NCBI GenBank assembly: GCA_965206595.1
Contig: OZ242214.1
Location: forward strand, 5,568,001 to 5,632,000
Reading direction: 5' to 3'
DNA length: 64,000 nucleotides
Source: Candidatus Latescibacterota bacterium
GTDB taxonomy: Bacteria; Latescibacterota; UBA2968; UBA8231
Shown piece by piece: positions 11,374 through 20,295 of this stretch (position 1 is the first letter of the stretch; every line of letters begins with the position of its first letter). The notes beneath the pieces were generated by a model that was not told where the DNA came from, did not search any database, and saw only the letters and a list, made by a program, of their open reading frames with translations. A program made the position numbers and the translations under genes.

Positions 11374-13677
11374 ATGTATCCCATTCTCACATTCATGCGT
11401 TTCGGTCCGGCTGTCGCTGCGTTTTTCGCCGCGGCCTGGGTCGGGACCGCAAGCGCGCAAAACGTGATCTCGGAGGTCGAGATTCGGGGCGAGTTGCGCC
11501 GCGTCGCCCCATCCCTGATCCGTTCCACCCTGGGACTGGCGGAAGGAGTTGAGCTCTCGCAGGAGAACGTCCAGGAGGCGATCCGGGCGCTGCAGGGCCT
11601 CAACGTATTCGAAGACATCCAGGTGTGGGGCCAGGAAGCCGCGGAGGGGGTGAAGGTCATCGTCGTGGTGACGGAGTACCCCGCCCTCGAGGGAATTCGC
11701 TTCAAAGGGCAAAAGGAGCTGAAGGAGAAAGAGATGAAGGAGGCCCTCGGCCTCGTCATCGGCCAGGTCATGGCGCCGAGGGACATCGCCCGGGGGCGTC
11801 AGAAAATCCTCGATTTGTACAAGGACAAGGGGTATCTCCGGGCCGAAGTGGAGGGCCAGATATTCGACGCCGACGAGGAGGGCAAGGTCTACCTTCATTA
11901 CGATATCGACGAAGGGGACAAGGTGAGGATCCAGACCATCACCTTCACCGGCAACGAGGCGCTCGGCGACGGCAAGTTGAAGAAACAGATGGAGACCAAG
12001 GAAAACCGCTGGTGGCGCAAGGGGGAGTTCAAACCGGAGGTCTTCGAGGAGGACAAGCAGAAGCTGGTCGCCTATTTCCGCAGCGAGGGGTATCAGCAGG
12101 CGCACATCGTGCGCGACACGGTCTACTACGACGACACGCGCAAGAACCTGTTCATCGATCTCGAGGTGGAGGAGGGGGAGAAGTACCGGGTCGGAGCCAT
12201 CACCTGGAACGGCAACGAGCTCTTCGACGAACCCGAGCTCAGCGGCCACCTCGGCCTGGGCGAGGGGGATATCTTCAGCATGCCCTCGCCTCAGCTCGCC
12301 TTCAACGTCAAGAACGCCTACTTCGAGAAGGGCTACCTCGACACCGAGGTCATACCGAGCGAGATCACTCGGGGCGACAGCATCGACGTGCATTTCCAGA
12401 TCTACGAGGGGGAGCCGTTCAAGGTTCGCCGCATCGACATCAGGGGGAACGTCAGAACGCGCGAGAAGGTGCTGCGCCGTGAGTTGCAGCTGCACCCGGG
12501 AGCGGTCTACAAGCAGAGCGCCATGCAGGAGAGCCAGCGGCGCCTCTACATGCTGGGATACTTCAAGGATGTCCAGGTTCGCGATCAGGTCAGCCCGATC
12601 GCAGGGGACCGGACCATCGATCTCGCCTTCGAGGTGGAGGAACAGCGCACCGGGGCCGCCTCGATGGGCGCCGGGTACAGCGGCCGCGACAAGCTGGTCG
12701 GAACCATAGGGCTGCAAGTCCCCAATTTCCGCGGCAAGGGTCAGAACCTCGATTTCAGCTGGGAGTTCGGGTACCGGCGAGAGCAGTTCCTCGTCGGCTT
12801 CACCGAGCCGTGGCTGCTCGATACGCCCACCAGCTTCTCGTTCCGCGTGTACACGCTGAAGCAACAGTATTACAACGACTTCAGTTTCAAGCGCAACTCC
12901 GTCAGCATGCGGGTCGGAAGGCGCCTCGAGCGTCCGTCGAATTCCTCGGTCAGCTTGGGATACCAGCTCAGGGACGAGAAGTACAGCGACTTCGGCGAAT
13001 CCTTCGACGAGGATCTGCGCAGCTCCGGCCGCTACGCGCCGCGGACCACGAGCAGCATCGAGCTGAGCTTCCGGCGCGACACCCGCGACTTTCCGCAGTT
13101 TCCGACCTCGGGAAGCGTCGTCAGCTACACCCCGGAGGTCGCTTCCTCCTGGATCGCCGGCGACGTCGACTTCCACCGCCACGAGGTGGCCTGGAACTAC
13201 TACCGACCGCACTGGTGGAAGTTCGTCATTGCCCTCGAGTCGAAGGTCGCCTTCGTCGACGGCTTCTCCGACTGGGACGACAGCAACCTGTCGTTCTGGG
13301 ATCGCTTCACCCCGGGCGGGGTCGACTTGTGGGACGGCCAGGTGCGCGGCTATCGCGACGCCTCTCTCGGCCCCCGGGAGAACGGCACCAACGCCGGCGG
13401 GCGGTCGATGATGATCCTCAACCTCGAGTACCGGTTCCCGATTACGGAGCGCCAGGTCATCGGCCTGTTGTTCGCTGATGCCGGAAACTCATGGTTGGCA
13501 GTCACCGACCTCAACCCCACCGACCTCAAGCGCTCCATCGGCATCGGTTTCCGGGTCATGACACCGATGCTCGGGATGATCGGTTTCGACTTCGCCTACG
13601 GTTTCGACCGCCAAAGCGTCGACGGTGAGAGACCGGGCCTCCAGACGCACTTCCAGTTCGGTCCCAGGTTCTTTTAA
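11374..13677 (+). CDS. bamA: Outer membrane protein assembly factor BamA
   Basis: POTRA repeats, VRGY motif, C-terminal Phe; exact start uncertain (11374 or 11395). Confidence 0.93.
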   Translation: MYPILTFMRFGPAVAAFFAAAWVGTASAQNVISEVEIRGELRRVAPSLIRSTLGLAEGVELSQENVQEAIRALQGLNVFEDIQVWGQEAAEGVKVIVVVTEYPALEGIRFKGQKELKEKEMKEALGLVIGQVMAPRDIARGRQKILDLYKDKGYLRAEVEGQIFDADEEGKVYLHYDIDEGDKVRIQTITFTGNEALGDGKLKKQMETKENRWWRKGEFKPEVFEEDKQKLVAYFRSEGYQQAHIVRDTVYYDDTRKNLFIDLEVEEGEKYRVGAITWNGNELFDEPELSGHLGLGEGDIFSMPSPQLAFNVKNAYFEKGYLDTEVIPSEITRGDSIDVHFQIYEGEPFKVRRIDIRGNVRTREKVLRRELQLHPGAVYKQSAMQESQRRLYMLGYFKDVQVRDQVSPIAGDRTIDLAFEVEEQRTGAASMGAGYSGRDKLVGTIGLQVPNFRGKGQNLDFSWEFGYRREQFLVGFTEPWLLDTPTSFSFRVYTLKQQYYNDFSFKRNSVSMRVGRRLERPSNSSVSLGYQLRDEKYSDFGESFDEDLRSSGRYAPRTTSSIELSFRRDTRDFPQFPTSGSVVSYTPEVASSWIAGDVDFHRHEVAWNYYRPHWWKFVIALESKVAFVDGFSDWDDSNLSFWDRFTPGGVDLWDGQVRGYRDASLGPRENGTNAGGRSMMILNLEYRFPITERQVIGLLFADAGNSWLAVTDLNPTDLKRSIGIGFRVMTPMLGMIGFDFAYGFDRQSVDGERPGLQTHFQFGPRFF

Positions 13678-13694
13678 CCGCTCGAGAGGAGAGC

Positions 13695-14243
13695 ATGAAC
13701 AAGCTCGCGTTCCCATTACTGGCGCTGACGCTCCTGTGCGCCGCGGCAGCCGGCGCCGCCCAGAACATCGGTTACATCGACTCGGAAGTCCTGCGCGAGA
13801 AAATACCGGAGTTCAAGGACATGCAGAGGCAACTCGACCGCCTGAGGCAGCAGTACGAGCAGGAGGCGATGGACAAGCAGAGCAAGCTGGTGAAGCTGCA
13901 GGAGGACTTCCGCAAGCAGGAGCTGCTGCTGAGCGACGCCAAAAAAGCGGAGATGCAGTCGCAGTTCGAGGAGAGCACGATGCAGCTTCAGGAGTTCTCC
14001 AAGGCGAAGTTCGGACCCGCCGGCGAGCTGTTCCGCAAGAACGTCGAGCTGGCCGACCCGATCTTCACAAAGATCAACACCGCAATAGCGGAGATCGCCA
14101 AGGAGGAGGGCTTTGACTTCATTTTCGACGCCGCCACCAGCGGCGCCATCGTCTACGCCGATCCGGAGCGCTACAACCTGACCGACAAGCTGCTTGAAAG
14201 GCTGGAGAAACAGCGCGAGGAAAAGGAGACGGGGAAGCAGTGA
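13695..14243 (+). CDS. skp: OmpH/Skp periplasmic chaperone
   Basis: Signal peptide, IGYID, coiled coil, GFDFIFD; follows bamA. Confidence 0.9.
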   Translation: MNKLAFPLLALTLLCAAAAGAAQNIGYIDSEVLREKIPEFKDMQRQLDRLRQQYEQEAMDKQSKLVKLQEDFRKQELLLSDAKKAEMQSQFEESTMQLQEFSKAKFGPAGELFRKNVELADPIFTKINTAIAEIAKEEGFDFIFDAATSGAIVYADPERYNLTDKLLERLEKQREEKETGKQ

Positions 14244-14695
14244 CGTCGCATGAGGAAAACGGCGCCCTCGATCTCGTAGCGATAAAGGAGCTCCTTCCAC
14301 ACCGCTACCCCTTTTTGCTGGTAGACCGGGTGCTGGAATGCGAGCCGGGCAACCGCCTCGTCGGGATCAAGAACGTCACCGCCGGGGAGCCGTTCTTCCA
14401 GGGGCACTTTCCCGAGTTCCCCGTCATGCCCGGCGTCCTGGTGATCGAGTCCCTGGCGCAGGCGGGAACCGTGATGATGCTGCAGGATGCTTCCGACCGG
14501 GGCATCCTCTTTCTCGCCGGCCTCGACAAGGTCAGGTTTCGCCGGCCGGTGGTGCCGGGGGACCAGCTTCGGCTCGAGCTCCAGGTCCTGCAGAAACGTC
14601 CCGGCTCCTGCCGCCTGGCGGGCAAGGCATTCGTCGGGGAAGAGCTGGCCGCCCAGGCGGAGATCTTCGCTGTCCTGAAGCCGACCGCGTCGTAG
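14240..14695 (+). CDS. fabZ: 3-hydroxyacyl-ACP dehydratase
   Basis: LPHRYPFLLVDRV, FFQGHFP, MPGVL. Confidence 0.95.
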   Translation: MTSHEENGALDLVAIKELLPHRYPFLLVDRVLECEPGNRLVGIKNVTAGEPFFQGHFPEFPVMPGVLVIESLAQAGTVMMLQDASDRGILFLAGLDKVRFRRPVVPGDQLRLELQVLQKRPGSCRLAGKAFVGEELAAQAEIFAVLKPTAS

Positions 14696-14712
14696 CTGCC
14701 GCCGCTTCCGGG

Positions 14713-15639
14713 ATGCCCAGACTCAATCACGTAATCGAAGCCCAGCAGTTCGACCGCCAGCTCATGGGCGAGATCTTCACCATCGCTCGCGAGATGGAAG
14801 ACGTCGTCCAGCACTACGGGTCGAACATCCTGACCCGGCGCGTTATGGCCACCCTGTTCTACGAGCCGAGCACGCGCACGCGGCTCTCGTTCGAGTCGGC
14901 GATGCGGCGCCTGGGAGGCGGGGTCCTGACTACCGAGTCCGCCCAGCAGTTCTCCTCCGCGGCCAAGGGTGAAACCCTCGAGGACACGATCCGGATCGTC
15001 GCAGGGTATGCCGACGTCATTGTGTTGCGCCATTTCGAAAGCGGGGCGAGCAGGCGGGCTGCCGGGGTCTCGCCGGTTCCCGTTCTGAACGCCGGGGACG
15101 GCGCGGGCCAGCATCCGACGCAGGCCCTCCTCGACATGTACACGATCAACCGCGAGCTCGGCAGGATGGACGGACTAGCGGTGGCGATGGTGGGAGATCT
15201 CGCCAACGGGCGCACGGTGCGCTCTCTCTGCTACCTGCTGGCCAAGTTCGATTCGCCGAGGATCTGGTTCGTCGCTCCCCCGGTCGTCCGCATGGGGGAC
15301 GATATCAAGAGCTACCTGACCCGGCACAACGTCGCTTTCGAGGAGGCGGAAGACCTCGCCTCGGTGGCCGCCGAAGTCGATGTCATCTACCAGACCAGGA
15401 TACAACGGGAGCGGTTCGGCGACCGCATCGGGGACTACGAACAGGCCCGCGGGCAGTACGTCATCGATTCCTCCATACTCGAGTGCATGAAGAAGGATGC
15501 CATCGTCATGCATCCCTTGCCACGGGTAGATGAAATCACCCAGGAGGTCGATGCCGACCCCAGGGCGGCCTATTTCCGCCAGGCGCACAACGGCCTTTAC
15601 GTGCGCATGGCCTTGCTGCGCATGGTGCTGTCGGATTGA
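14713..15639 (+). CDS. pyrB: Aspartate carbamoyltransferase catalytic subunit
   Basis: FYEPSTRTRLSF, HPTQALLD, MHPLPR. Confidence 0.95.
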   Translation: MPRLNHVIEAQQFDRQLMGEIFTIAREMEDVVQHYGSNILTRRVMATLFYEPSTRTRLSFESAMRRLGGGVLTTESAQQFSSAAKGETLEDTIRIVAGYADVIVLRHFESGASRRAAGVSPVPVLNAGDGAGQHPTQALLDMYTINRELGRMDGLAVAMVGDLANGRTVRSLCYLLAKFDSPRIWFVAPPVVRMGDDIKSYLTRHNVAFEEAEDLASVAAEVDVIYQTRIQRERFGDRIGDYEQARGQYVIDSSILECMKKDAIVMHPLPRVDEITQEVDADPRAAYFRQAHNGLYVRMALLRMVLSD

Positions 15640-15653
15640 GCCGGATCGGCGGC

Positions 15654-15681
15654 TTGACCGTTGGCTGCGCGCCGTTATATT
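15654..15681 (+). promoter_or_regulatory. Putative sigma70 promoter for small basic protein gene
   Basis: TTGACC-16 nt-TATATT. Confidence 0.45.
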
Positions 15682-15719
15682 CGGCCCCTTCGTTCGCAGG
15701 TCAACCGGGAGAGCAGTCG

Positions 15720-15833
15720 ATGTCATCGAGCAAGGGCAGAGAGAGAGAGAAGGAGCTGAGGCGCCGCCGCAAACGCCGGGAGGAGCGTATCAAGAACCGG
15801 GTAAGGAAGGCAAAGGCGGCAAGCAGGAAATAG
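15720..15833 (+). CDS. 37-aa highly basic small protein (DUF6800-like)
   Basis: MSSSKGREREKELRRRRKRREERIKNRVRKAKAASRK; GGAGAG SD upstream; own promoter and terminator. Confidence 0.65.
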   Translation: MSSSKGREREKELRRRRKRREERIKNRVRKAKAASRK

Positions 15834-15881
15834 TCACAAGGCCGCGGAAACCCACATCGGTTCATCGCGGCGCGATGTTTC

Positions 15882-15922
15882 AAGAGAGCGGACAGCTGTC
15901 TCTGTCCGCTCTCTTTCTGTTT
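15882..15922 (+). terminator. Rho-independent terminator
   Basis: 14-bp stem AAGAGAGCGGACAG / CTGTCCGCTCTCTT followed by TCTGTTT. Confidence 0.75.
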
Positions 15923-15954
15923 GCAGGGAACCGTTCGTCCGTATCGGGGAGGCC

Positions 15955-16911
15955 ATGACTCTCAGAGTTGCGGTAGCCGGGGCAACCGGCATCGGAAAGC
16001 ACCACGCCAAGTGGTACCATCGCTGGGGATGCGACGTCGTGGGGTTTCTCGGCAGCTCGGAGGAAAGCTGTTCGCGAACGGAAGCGGCCCTGCGCGAGAT
16101 CTTCCCTTTTGCCGGGCGCGGCTACACGAGCCTGGCGGCTCTGCTCGATTCCGAAGAGCCGGATCTCGTCGACGTCTGCACTCCGAACGGGATGCACTTC
16201 GAACATGCCTCCGCAGCCCTCGACGCCGGTTGCCACGTCCTCTGCGAAAAGCCGTTGGTATGGGACGACTCCTCGGTGACCCTGCTGTCGCGGGCTCGCG
16301 AGCTCCTGCAGCGTGCGCGGGCGGCCAACCGGGTTTTGGCCGTCTGCACCCAGTACGCCTCCGCCCTGCCGCGATACGAGGAGCTGTACCGGGCAGAGCG
16401 CGTAAAGCCGCCGCCCGCGTCGCGGTTTTTCGCCGCGATGGAGACCGTTGCCCGCGGCCGCAAACGGGACACCCGGGAGATCTGGATCGACATGGGGCCG
16501 CACCCGATCAGCCTGCTTCTTGCCTGGTATCCGCGGGGGGAGGTGGTTCCCGGAACCCTGCGGACGCATTTCCATGACCGCGAGGCGAGGGCGGAGTTCG
16601 AGTTCTCCACGGCTTCCGGCCGCTGCCTGGTCGACATCGCGGTTCGCGACCGTGTCGAGGGCCCTCCGGTTCGCCGTTTCGGGGTTGACGGGTTCATCCT
16701 GGAGTGCACGGGGCGGCCCGACGAGACCGGCGTCTACCGCTCCGTGCTGTCGAGCGGCCTTCGCGAGACCGTCGGAGAGGATTTCATGTCCCTGCTTATC
16801 GGGAACGTGTGCGATGTAGTCCGCGGCTCGGCTCCTCGGCTGATCGTTCCCGGCGAGCTGGGGCTGCGCAACCTCGAGCTGCAACTGCAGGTGCTGCAGT
16901 CGGCCGGCTGA
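15955..16911 (+). CDS. Gfo/Idh/MocA family oxidoreductase
   Basis: VAGATGIG Rossmann motif, VCTPNGMH, HVLCEKP. Confidence 0.85.
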   Translation: MTLRVAVAGATGIGKHHAKWYHRWGCDVVGFLGSSEESCSRTEAALREIFPFAGRGYTSLAALLDSEEPDLVDVCTPNGMHFEHASAALDAGCHVLCEKPLVWDDSSVTLLSRARELLQRARAANRVLAVCTQYASALPRYEELYRAERVKPPPASRFFAAMETVARGRKRDTREIWIDMGPHPISLLLAWYPRGEVVPGTLRTHFHDREARAEFEFSTASGRCLVDIAVRDRVEGPPVRRFGVDGFILECTGRPDETGVYRSVLSSGLRETVGEDFMSLLIGNVCDVVRGSAPRLIVPGELGLRNLELQLQVLQSAG

Positions 16912-16921
16912 TCGGGAGGAG

Positions 16922-18652
16922 ATGGACCGCAGCGTTGCGGGGTGGCTGACGGTCATCCTTGCAGTGGGCTTCTGCCTGCGTCTGCTGGGAATCGATTTCG
17001 GTCTGCCCAACCCCAACTGCCGGCCGGACGAAGGGGTGCTCGTAAAAAAAGCGCTCGCCGTCGCCGGGGGCGATCTCAATCCCCACTTCTTCCACTACCC
17101 AAGCTTTCACATCTACACCCTTGCGGCCCTCTTCGGCGCCTGCTACGCGGGCGGCTGGCTCGCCGGCCTTTTTTCCACGCCGCAGGATTTCCTTCTGCAG
17201 TATTTCCTCGACCCCTCCGGCCTCTACCTGGCCGGCCGCATGTTCGGGGCGCTCCTGGGCACGGCCTCCGTTTACCTCGTGTACCTTGTCGGCAGACAGG
17301 CTGGCGGTGATCGGGCCGGGCTCACGAGCGCAGCCTTCTTGTCGGTCGCCTTTCTGCACGTGCGGGATTCGCACTACCTCACGGTCGATGTCCCGGCCAC
17401 CTTCTACATTCTCCTCGCTGCGGTTCTGCTGCAGCGGTTTCTGCAAACGGGAGGAGCAGGATGGCTGGCGACTTCCGCCCTGTTTTCCGGGATCGCGATT
17501 TCGACGAAGTACAACGCCGCGATCATCATGGCGGCGTTCGCGGGCTATCTCTGCGCCAGGGCGCTCGCCCATCGCAGGTCCAGTCAACAGCCCGGCGACC
17601 GTTCCCGCCCTCCCGTCTCGTTTCGGCACGCCGCCGCTTTCGCGGCCGTGACAGCCGGTGCCGCGGCGCTGGGCACCCCCTACGCCTTCCTCGATTTCTA
17701 CAGCTTTGCAGCCGACGTCATGGCGGAGAGGGAGCACTTCGCCACAGGTCACGGGCTGGATCTCGGTCGCGGCTGGACCTACCACGCGGCGACCACGCTG
17801 CCGGCTGCTCTCGGATGGCCCCTGTACGTGGCCGCTCTCGCAGGCTGTGTCGCGCTCCTTCGGGCCGGAGGGGCGCCCGCCATGCTCGTAGTGGCGGCGG
17901 TTCTCTACTACGCCGTCGCCGGCGCCGGAAAGACCGTGTTCTTCCGTTACATGCTGCCGCTGGTTCCGTTCCTGTGCGTGGCCGCGGCCTGTGGCCTCGA
18001 GCGGCTGTTCGCGGTCGTGCGGATGCGCGCACTCTGGAGAACCGCAGTCCTTCTCCTCCTCGCGGCGCCCTCGCTGTACGCCTCGGTCTGGCTGGGTATC
18101 CTGCTGCAGCGGACGGACACCCGCCTGCTCGCTGCCGAATGGATCGAGGCTCATGTTCCTGCCGGCAGTAGGATCGCCCTGGTGGGAAGCGACTTCGGGT
18201 ACCCGCGCCTGCATCCCGGCAGGGAGTGGCTGCGGCAGCAGCACGAGGATCTCCGCCGCGCCGGGCTGCCGGCGAAGTCACTGGCTCTGCAACTGCAGTA
18301 CGGGTTGTATCCTCCCAGTCCGAGCTACCACCTGCTCTCCGTTCTACCCGAGGACCCGCTTTCGCTGAGAAACAGGCTCGTCGATGCCTCTCCCGCGCAG
18401 CTGCTCGATTCGGGGGTGAACTGGGTCGTGACGCAGCGCCACCCGCTGCCCATTTCCCAGGTCGATCCGGAATTCGCCGAGCAGTTGCGGCGGCATGGGG
18501 AGGCAGTAGCGCATTTCACCTCCATGCGGGACAGCTCCCGGATGGCATTCGAAAGGACGGACGCGTTCTTCGTTCCTTACGCGGGGTTCGACCAAGTCGA
18601 CCGTCCCGGACCGGAGCTGACCATCCACAAGCTGGGCACGGCAGCCGATTGA
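16922..18652 (+). CDS. Membrane glycosyltransferase (GT39/PMT/ArnT-like)
   Basis: PDE motif after TM1, NPHFFHYPS, STKY, multiple TM helices. Confidence 0.8.
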   Translation: MDRSVAGWLTVILAVGFCLRLLGIDFGLPNPNCRPDEGVLVKKALAVAGGDLNPHFFHYPSFHIYTLAALFGACYAGGWLAGLFSTPQDFLLQYFLDPSGLYLAGRMFGALLGTASVYLVYLVGRQAGGDRAGLTSAAFLSVAFLHVRDSHYLTVDVPATFYILLAAVLLQRFLQTGGAGWLATSALFSGIAISTKYNAAIIMAAFAGYLCARALAHRRSSQQPGDRSRPPVSFRHAAAFAAVTAGAAALGTPYAFLDFYSFAADVMAEREHFATGHGLDLGRGWTYHAATTLPAALGWPLYVAALAGCVALLRAGGAPAMLVVAAVLYYAVAGAGKTVFFRYMLPLVPFLCVAAACGLERLFAVVRMRALWRTAVLLLLAAPSLYASVWLGILLQRTDTRLLAAEWIEAHVPAGSRIALVGSDFGYPRLHPGREWLRQQHEDLRRAGLPAKSLALQLQYGLYPPSPSYHLLSVLPEDPLSLRNRLVDASPAQLLDSGVNWVVTQRHPLPISQVDPEFAEQLRRHGEAVAHFTSMRDSSRMAFERTDAFFVPYAGFDQVDRPGPELTIHKLGTAAD

Positions 18653-18769
18653 ACGGCGCCGGGGAACAAGCCGGCGCTCTTTGATTGATCGTGAATTCCC
18701 TTCGGGGCGATGGAATACCAGCTGCCGGCAGGTTGTTTCAGGGGAAGCCGGAGCGCACTTTTCCCGGGT

Positions 18770-19609
18770 ATGAGCGATCGTTCTGAAACGAGCTGGACTC
18801 CCGCGATGCCGGACGTCGATTCGGTGTTCGCACAGTACCCCGATCCGTTGCGCGCCCTTTCAGAAGCGGAGATTCCCGCCATTCTGCTGCCCCGGGTGTA
18901 TCCCCGGGAGGAGTGCGACGGTCTGATCGGGCGATTTGTCGAGCGCAACCTGATGAAGGGCCCGGACGATTTCCGGCCGGGTGACCGGACGCGCATCGAC
19001 ATCGGTACCAGCCTCGGCAATCGGGGCAACGACCGCGAAGGGTTCCTCGCCAGCTCGGCGGCCACTCACGAGCTGTTCTCCACCCTGTTCGACGGCTTCG
19101 ATAACCCGGTACAGCTGATTTACGATTACCTGCAGCGGCTCGGCCGCGGCAAGAAGGTGATGACCGCCCGGGAGCCGGACGGGAGGCGCTACGGGCCGGC
19201 GATCTTCCGCATTCACTACGAATCGCACAGCTACAAACCCCACATCGATCACGTCACCCTGCGTGAAAAGCGGTTCGACTACGCCGTTACCCGCTTCGAG
19301 CACCAGTTCGCCGGCGTGCTCTGCCTGCAGAATGCAACGCGCGCTGCGCAAACCACTCAGGCGCTGCTGCACCGCTGTCTCTGGAGCGGGGAGGTGCAGC
19401 CGCACATCGAGCAGGGAACCTTCCCCGAGTACGCCGCGGTCCACCGGGTGCAGAACTACCGGGTCGATCTCGGTGCGGGAGACCTGTACTTCTTCAACAC
19501 CCGCTGCATCCACGAGGTCCCGCCCGTGGTCGGCAGCGATCCGCGCATCGTCCTCGCCGTGTTCATCGGCTACTCCCCGGACGATCCCGAGATCTTCGTC
19601 TGGTCCTAA
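18770..19609 (+). CDS. Putative 2OG-Fe(II) oxygenase
   Basis: PHIDH (HxD), GDLYFFN...HEV...R pattern. Confidence 0.6.
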   Translation: MSDRSETSWTPAMPDVDSVFAQYPDPLRALSEAEIPAILLPRVYPREECDGLIGRFVERNLMKGPDDFRPGDRTRIDIGTSLGNRGNDREGFLASSAATHELFSTLFDGFDNPVQLIYDYLQRLGRGKKVMTAREPDGRRYGPAIFRIHYESHSYKPHIDHVTLREKRFDYAVTRFEHQFAGVLCLQNATRAAQTTQALLHRCLWSGEVQPHIEQGTFPEYAAVHRVQNYRVDLGAGDLYFFNTRCIHEVPPVVGSDPRIVLAVFIGYSPDDPEIFVWS

Positions 19610-19860
19610 GCCCAGTGGGGCAATCCCGGCGCCCGGGCGGCGGTAGTCCGGCATGCCAATTTCTGGGACAGAACGCACGTCGTTTTATTCTAAGACGCAT
19701 AAAAAACAGCAGTTTGCGGTGCCCTTCCGAACAACCCCCGGTAACGCTGCTGCGGTTGCCGGGTGCGGAGAGGCTGCCTATCTTTGGTGACTCTGAACGC
19801 TTGGCCGCGGGCAGATAGCCTTGGTGCGAGCGCTCCAAACATGACGGAGAACAGGTTCCG

Positions 19861-20295
19861 ATGCCCAATTTCAGCGTCGAAATTCATGACGACGAGCATT
19901 TCGAAAAGGCGCTGCGGCGCTTTACGGTCAAGACCAAGAAGTGCGGCCTGATGCGCGATCTGAAGCGCAAACGGTACTATACCAAACCGTCGGCGCAGAA
20001 GAAGATCGATCGCCAGAAGAACATCAGGAGGCAGAAGAAGGCCGAAAGGTTGGCTGAGCTGGCAGCTGCCGGGATCGACCGTCGCAGCATGCGGGGTGGC
20101 CGGGGAAGGGGCCGAGGCGGTTATGGCAGTGGCAGCGGCGGCGGGTATGGCAGTGGCAGCGGTGGCGGGTATGGCAGTGGCAGTGGCGGCGGGTATGGCA
20201 GTGGCGGCGGCGGCGGGTATGGCAGTGGCAGTGGCGGCGGGTATGGCAGTGGCGGCGGCGGCGGGTATGGCGGCGGTGGAGGCCGCGGTCGTTAG
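19861..20295 (+). CDS. rpsU: 30S ribosomal protein bS21 with long Gly-rich C-terminal extension
   Basis: EHFEKALRRF...GLMRDLKRKRYYTKPS is the S21 signature; followed by RGG and GGYGSGSG repeats. Confidence 0.9.
   Translation: MPNFSVEIHDDEHFEKALRRFTVKTKKCGLMRDLKRKRYYTKPSAQKKIDRQKNIRRQKKAERLAELAAAGIDRRSMRGGRGRGRGGYGSGSGGGYGSGSGGGYGSGSGGGYGSGGGGGYGSGSGGGYGSGGGGGYGGGGGRGR
20116..20283 (+). repeat. Seven tandem 24-bp repeats encoding GGYG(S/G)G(S/G)G
   Basis: Unit approx. GGCGGGTATGGCAGTGGC(A/G)G(C/T)GGC repeated 7 times in frame. Confidence 0.95.

Noticed and set aside
19620-19860. Structured rpsU leader or ncRNA
   Set aside because: Only short GC-rich hairpins are visible and no known RNA family can be recognised without a covariance search.
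20116-20283. Tandem repeats as a CRISPR array
   Set aside because: The units are contiguous 24-mers with no unique spacers, lie in frame within rpsU, and no cas genes are nearby.
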